Assembly (NCBI GenBank): GCA_036785375.1
Contig: JAWMAR010001797.1
Span: 62,001-126,000, forward strand
Direction: 5' to 3'
From: Leucoraja ocellata
Taxonomy: Eukaryota
Length of the DNA stretch: 64,000 bases
In this document: positions 57,752 to 64,000 of the stretch, piece by piece
Numbering within the stretch: the stretch's first letter is position 1
How the letters are laid out: every line of letters begins with the position of its first letter
Made by a program: the position numbers and the translations under genes
Notes under the pieces: generated by a model
What the model was told of the DNA's origin: nothing
The model's database searches: none
The model's input: only the letters and a program-made list of their open reading frames with translations

Positions 57752-60128
57752 ATGGCGTACCGACCGAGGTTTGCCTTCACTGTGTTTGTGTGCATGTTTA
57801 TGCAATGTGCACCTGGTCTAATTTCCGGGCAAATATATTATTCTATTCCCGAGGAAATGGAGCAGGGGGCATTTGTTGGGAATATCGCCGAGGATTTGGG
57901 GCTGAATGTATGGCAAATGTCTCCTCGGAAATTACGACTGATTCTGATAATGGCGGACGGTACCTGAAGGTTAATTTGGAGAATGGAATATTGTCTCTTC
58001 GTGAAAGAATCGACAGGGAACGTATTTGCGGACAGGACGATAAGTGTACTATATCTTTCGAAACAATACTGGAAAATCCTTCCGAGGTGCATCGCGGAAA
58101 AATCGTGATTTTTGATGTAAATGACAATGCGCCCACTTTCCCGCACAACAGCATTGTCCTCCAGATATCGGAAGCGAGCGCACCCGGTGTACGTTTCCGT
58201 CTCGAGAGCGCAGATGATGCTGACATTGGAATAAATACCGTGGCCGCCTACACAATCAGTTCCAGTGCGTACTTTAGTCTAAAAACACAGAAACCGATGA
58301 CGGGTTTATAATTGCCGAATTACTGTTGGAGAAATTTTTGGACCGAGAGATGCAATCATCATTTCAACTCGTGTTTACTGCGACTGACGGCGGGACCCCT
58401 CAGAGATCAGGCACAACTCAGATTATCATTTCTGTGTTGGACTTCAATGATAATCAGCCTGTATTCGATCGTGATATTTACAGGGGAAGCGTAAGCGAGA
58501 ACTCCACCAAAGGTACCTCAGTGATGAAAGTCAAAGCAAATGATATGGATGAAGGACAGAATGCTAAGATAACATATTTGTTTAGTGATGTTGCCGTGCG
58601 AAAAGCTCGTAATTTGTTCCGTTTAGACCCAGATACCGGGGAGATTCGCATTGAAGGGCCCTTGGATTATGAACAAGCAAACGGCTATGCTCTAGATGTT
58701 AAAGCTGTGGACCACGGCTCGCCTGCAATGACTGGACACTCCAAAGTGCTGATCAAAGTAATTGATGTGAACGATAATGCACCCGAGATGAAGGTGACAT
58801 CAGCATCCAACAAAATCCCGGAAAATGCTCCGCCGGGAACTTTCGTAACGTTGATCAGTGTTATGGATCGAGATTCTGGAGAGAACGGTCAAGTCCGCTG
58901 CCAGATCCCAAATAACATTCCATTTAAACTACAATCAGCGACGGATCATTACAAATTAATTACCAGTGAAATGTTTGATCGTGAAGTGATATCTGGGTAT
59001 AAAATACTTATCTCAGCTTGGGACAAGGGGTCGCCATCACTATCCGCAAATATAACCATTGAGATTACAATTTCAGACGTTAATGATAACACTCCACGGT
59101 TTGCTGAATCTTCCTACAACATTTATGTCATGGAAAATAATGCCCCGGGTGTGTCCATTTTCACAGTAACTGCAACGGATCCTGATCTGGAGCAGAATTC
59201 CTATGTTTCCTACGCTTTTCTGGAGAATCAAGTCATAACTTGCCAGTGTCCACTTACCTGAACATTAACTCAATGAACGGAACAATTTATGCGCTGCGCT
59301 CGTTTGACTATGAGAATCTCAAAAACTTCCAGATACACGTTCAAGCCCGTGACGCTGGGGTACCTCCGCTGAGTAGCAGCGCCACGGTGAATGTGATCGT
59401 CCTGGATCAAAATGACAACGCTCCGGTAATTGTTTCACCTTCGGAACAAGGTGGATCAGCAACAGAGGAGATTGTGCCCCGGTCAGCCGGTCAAGGGCAC
59501 TTGGTCGCCAAGATAATGGCAACTGATGCAGATTCTGGTCAGAATGCGCGGCTCTTTTATCAGATGGTGAAATCTACCGATCCCAGTTTGTTCAAAGTTG
59601 GGCAAATTCTGGTGAAATCAGAACTGCGCGCAATATTTTGCAGACAGATGCGACTACACAAACTCTGGTCATCTTGGTCAAGGACAATGGGCAGCCAAGC
59701 CTCTCCAGCGCCGTTACAATGAATATTAGAGTTTTGGAGAACAGCACTGAAGCAATGTCCGAAAGCAGTAGCTTGGTGAAAAATCCAGGGGGGTTTCTGA
59801 TCCAAATGTTTACTTAATCATCATTTTCAGTTGCACTTCCGCTGTCTTTCTTCTGATCATCGTTCTGTTGATTGGCATCAAGTGTAAACAAGACAGACGT
59901 ATTATCCAAGGGTATAACTCCCCCAGTTATTGTTACAATCGTGGAGATTCACAAGGCACGTTTAATGGAAGAGCCGTCATGGAGGAAACTTTACGCTATC
60001 CTGGGACAGGTCAGGTATCCCGCGTGCCGGAATCGAATCAGTACTCTGTATGTCTATCTCCAGAGTCAGCTAAAAGCGATTTTCTCTTCTTGAAGCCATG
60101 CGGAGCTCCTCTCTCTCAGGCTCAATGA
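57752..60128 (+). pseudogene. Clustered-type protocadherin, unit 9, with five -1 frameshifts (pseudogene or assembly errors)
   Basis: Consecutive ORF pieces tile a full protocadherin. Single-base losses near 57942, 58292, 59237, 59605 and 59790. The span is 2377 nt; adding 5 nt gives 793 codons plus stop. Confidence 0.85.
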
Positions 60129-60947
60129 TGGGTATATTTAATTTATGGCCACTTTATATGAATCCATTAGTCTATACACATATATTAACGGTTGTAGTTG
60201 TAACATTTCAGTAAATAAGTTCCCCTGTCTGAAGAAGTGGTCCGATCCGAAATCTCGCCTATCCCCCCCCCTCCCCCCCCTCCCCCCCCCCCCCCCCCCT
60301 CCTTCGGTTTTTCATGTCTGCGGAAAGATGGGCCAGTTGGTGTAATGGTCGAAATTAACATACTCATCAAATGCAATCCAATCTTCTAAGAGTGGCACCG
60401 ATTTTCTCTGCAGGAAATCTTACTATTCACAATTGAATGGGCGTACACAAATGTAATCAATCCTTCAAGCAAGTGGTACAAATGTTATTTGTTCAATTAC
60501 GCCGAAGATCTTTATGCCTGGATCTAATAATGTCCTAATGTGACTCAGACTCAATGATGGGTACATTTAATGAATGGCCACTTCATATGAATCCATTAGT
60601 TTATACAAATATATTAATGGTTGTGTATGTAACATTTCAGTAAATAAGTACTTCTGCCTGAAGAAGTGGTCCGATCCGAAATTTCGCCTCTGTCCTCCCC
60701 GCTCCTTCGGTTTTTCATGTCTGCGCAAAGATGGGCCAGTTGGTGTAATGGTCGAAATTAACATACTCATCAAATGCAATCCAATCTTCTAAGAATGGCA
60801 CCGATTTTCTCTGGAGGGAATCTTGCTATTTGCAATTGAATGGGCGTACACAAATGCAATCAAGCCTTCAAGCAAGAGTGGTACAAATGTTATTTGTTCA
60901 ATTACGCGAAATATCTTTCTGTCTGCATCCAATTGTTTGCTGATGTG
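60115..60947 (+). repeat. Tandem duplication, period about 429 bp, immediately 3' of unit 9
   Basis: CTCAATGATGGGTA at 60121 and 60550; the two copies align throughout. Confidence 0.9.
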
Positions 60948-61116
60948 TTAATATTGGGACACTGCAATCAAAGCATTCATCGACAAGTTCATCCATAACA
61001 TGAAAAAGTTCGAATTACAAACGGAGACATTTCAAATAAAGACAACATTATTGAATACAATATGGTGATGCTGGAATCTTGGGGGGGGGGGGGAGAAGCA
61101 AGCTGAAGGCGAAGAA

Positions 61117-61628
61117 GTGCGGCTTAGTGCCTCAGCGGTAGACTTGCTGCCTCAATCTTCTCTGACCCCTCTGACCTCACTCTTTGAATCACTTACATCT
61201 GGAAGGCAACTCCGGACTGTCAAAGCTGCCGCAGTCAGATTAAAAAAAAACATTTTTCCCCACGAGCAGTAGCTCTACACTATAACCAAAAGTCTGCAGC
61301 CTCCTTTCGCTCTCGTATTTTATGTTATTAACATGTTTCAACTATCCTGTTTTATTCTTAATGTTTTATGCTTCATTCTTAATTGTTTACTGAATGTCGT
61401 GTTGTTAGTTGCGATCGGAGCACCAAGGTAAATTCCTTGTATGTATACATACTTAGCCAATAAACTTATTCATTTATTCATTCAAAACATCAGAGACCCC
61501 GGTTCACTCCTGGCTACGGATGCTGTCTGTACGGAGTTTGTACGTCCCTACCTGTGACCGCATGATTTTCCTCTGAGTACTTCGGTTTACTGCCACATAC
61601 CAAAGACATGTAGGTTTCTAGATTAATA
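61117..61628 (+). mobile_element. tRNA-derived V-SINE (HE1-like) split by a LINE insertion
   Basis: Head GGCTTAGTGCCTCAGCGGTAGACTTGCTGCCTCA at 61117-61154. It resumes near 61490 with B-box-like GGTTCACTCC and the V-domain GCTGTCTGTACGGAGTTTGTACGT. Confidence 0.7.
61155..61487 (+). mobile_element. Rex1/Babar-type LINE 3' end nested in the SINE
   Basis: Degenerate LFESLTSGRQLRTVKA...FFPRAV peptide, AATAAAC and (ATTC)n tail. Confidence 0.65.
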
Positions 61629-61964
61629 TCTATATTAATATTCTATTCTAGTAAGCTATTCGTTTTCTCCAGAGAAGCTGCCTGACCTGCTGAGTTACTC
61701 CAGCATGTGTATCTATCTTCACGTGCGTATAATCTTCAGGGACTATGTTGATATTTTTGTTTGCATAACATTTTTATTCACAATATTTGCACGTTAACCG
61801 TTTTGTTTCTGACTTCCAGCACTGTTGGAACAAGGACAAAGCAATGGCGCGCGATTGAAAAACTGAACATCATCTTCCAAATGGACGTTGGAACCCCCTG
61901 GATCTCAGCACTGTTGTCTCTTATCATTTCGGTTCGGGTTTTCATATTTTGCATTGAGGTGTTG

Positions 61965-62310
61965 AAACATAGAAAATAGTTGTAGGAGGAGGCCCTTTGG
62001 CACCGCCACTCATTGTGATCATAGCTGATCATCCGCAATCAGTAACCCGTGCCTGCCTTCTCCCCATACCCCTTTATTCCGCTACCCCTTAGAGCCCTAT
62101 CTTTCACCAGTGAATTGGCATCCACTGCCTTCTGTCGCAAATAATTCCACAAATGCACAACTCTCTGAGTGCAAAGTTTTTTTTTTCTCATCGCAGGTTT
62201 AAATGGCCTCCCCTTTATTCTTAGCCTCTGGTTCGGGACACCCCCAACATTGGGAACATTTTTCCTGCATCTAGCTTGTCCAGTCCTTTTATATTTTATA
62301 TGTTTCTAAA
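61965..62310 (-). mobile_element. CR1-type LINE 3' fragment (paralog of 54840-55215)
   Basis: Same sequence and same flanks as the copy after unit 8. Confidence 0.65.
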
Positions 62311-63331
62311 GAATAGAACATAGAAACACGCCGCGTCTACCCTGACAATAATGTTTATCTAGATTAATTCAACATTTGCATATTTTACATATCCGTCAAT
62401 TCCCCGCATTTTCACATTACCGTTAAGTACCTTTGACACATTTGCGTTTTCCTGTCTCCACCACCTATAGCGCTAATTCAATCCCCGTGTAGTTCTTCTT
62501 TTCAGACATGATGCGACCGGCAGGCGGCTTTAAACCTCCTCCCGCTGATCTTTAAACCCCATCTTCTACTGTTGGACTCCGTAACATTTGAAATGCCTAT
62601 TGGCCAACTGCCCTACCGGTGTCTCTCATGATTGAATATATCGCTCTCATGACTGCCCTAAACTGTGTTCACTGCAGGGAATACAGTTCTAGCCTATACA
62701 ACCTGCCATGCTAACGTAACCCCTCCTATCCTGGCAAAGTTCTTTGAGTCTGTTTTTCCCTGTCACTACTGGCTTAAACAAATCCTTTCTGCAGTGTGCT
62801 GCCGAGACCTGCACAGAACAATTCAAATCCAGCCAATATAATGTTTTGTTCAACTAAAACTCAATTATCTTATTCAATACCGCAGCTAAGGGAGTCGACC
62901 ATGCCATATACATTGATCACAACCCTGTGCACGCGTGTTCCCTTTTAAACAAAATACACTTTTCTTTCACCACATATCCACATCAGTTTGTTAACAGGAG
63001 CATGTCCCATTCCCTTCCTATTGGTCATTCATTAAATTAGCTATTAAAGAAACAATGAAGCATAGTTTGTCCTAACAGCTCCATCAACCACTGAGTATAT
63101 GTGTCTACTTTATTCCCATCTTCAACCACTGAAAACACATTTTTATTCGTTCACAGTTCTTATAAAGGATCTAAGGCATGACGCGATAATTTGATTACCT
63201 TCCTCAGGTGATATTTGAGTCGGTGAGTGTTTTCAGCAATAGCTAAATCACGGTAGCAGCATGTTTCGTGTTTGGTGGAAGAATGATTCCCAATCTCACC
63301 TATAGTTTTTCGTGGTGATTTTGATTTTTTT

Positions 63332-63552
63332 GAAACATGGAAAATAGGTGCAGGAGGAGGCCATTCGGCCCTTCGATCAAGCACCGCCATTCATTGCGGT
63401 CATGGCTGATCGTGCCCAATCAATAAACCGCGCCTGCCTTCTCCACATATCCCTTGATTCCACTAGCCCCTAGAGCTCTATCTAACTCTCTCTTATATCC
63501 ATCCAGTGATTTGGCCTCCACTGCCCTCTGTGGCAGGGAATTCCACAAATTC
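63332..63552 (-). mobile_element. CR1-type LINE 3' fragment
   Basis: GAAACATGGAAAATAGGTGCAGGAGGAGGCCATTCGGCCC...GAATTCCACAAATTC. Confidence 0.7.
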
Positions 63553-63968
63553 CAAAGACTTCGCGATGTTGATCAGCGCCGCCCGCGCTGGGAGCTCTGC
63601 AAACCACAGCTCCGCGATGTTGATGCAGCAGGCCCAACGATCCGGAGCCTCAAACGGCGCTCCCTGCTGACGCATCGCTGGTTCCGCGGTATCCCGCGCT
63701 GCGCCGCCGCTGCTGACGCTCTGGTCCGATCCCCGGCAGGAAAGGCCGCGTCAATCCAGTTGGTAGGCCGCGAGGAGGGGAGAGAGGGCGCGACTCGGAG
63801 AATAGTCGCATCCTCGCCAGGAAGTGACTGAAAAACGGTTTTCCCCGACCCCCCCTCCCCCACATAAAATACTGAAAAAATCCCCCAAAACATACTTTTA
63901 ACAAACTAAAAAAAAAGTTAGGAAAACAAACAGACTGTAGTCAGAGGCAGCCATCATGCAGCGCCCTC
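63553..63968 (-). mobile_element. GC-rich interspersed repeat (probable retroelement 5' region); related fragment at about 6942-7080
   Basis: Shares a C-run, an A-rich tract and the ACAAACAGACTGT...GCGCC layout with 6942-7080. Confidence 0.4.
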
Positions 63969-64000
63969 TTGATCTCACTATCGATCATGCCCGACTTTGA

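Noticed and set aside
1-64000. CRISPR arrays, rRNA, bona fide tRNA genes or prokaryotic systems
   Set aside because: None seen. The only tRNA-like sequence is the SINE head at 61117, and the periodicity is explained by gene duplication.

Overview
Eukaryotic (vertebrate) genomic DNA, most likely a cartilaginous fish such as a skate or ray. This is inferred from the repeat content (V-SINE, CR1, Rex/Babar, Penelope) and the protocadherin type. The window is part of a tandem array of clustered-type protocadherin genes, all on the + strand and spaced about 6-11 kb apart. Six ORFs are intact (1027, 22268, 28609, 36053, 43217, 49938), two are frameshifted (11412, 57752) and one is a 5'-deleted relic (19674). 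Each full unit encodes a signal peptide, six cadherin repeats, a TM segment and a short tail ending in a PCDH10-like CLSPESAKSDFLFLKP motif. Each has its own stop codon, most have a nearby AATAAA, and each has a conserved CGCT-box (CSE-like) promoter about 250 bp upstream. No constant exons are visible. The spacers are paralogous and record unequal crossover, gene conversion, lost units and templated insertions. They also carry many retroelement fragments, including short Penelope-derived inserts with hammerhead-ribozyme-like cores. There is one 133-N assembly gap.
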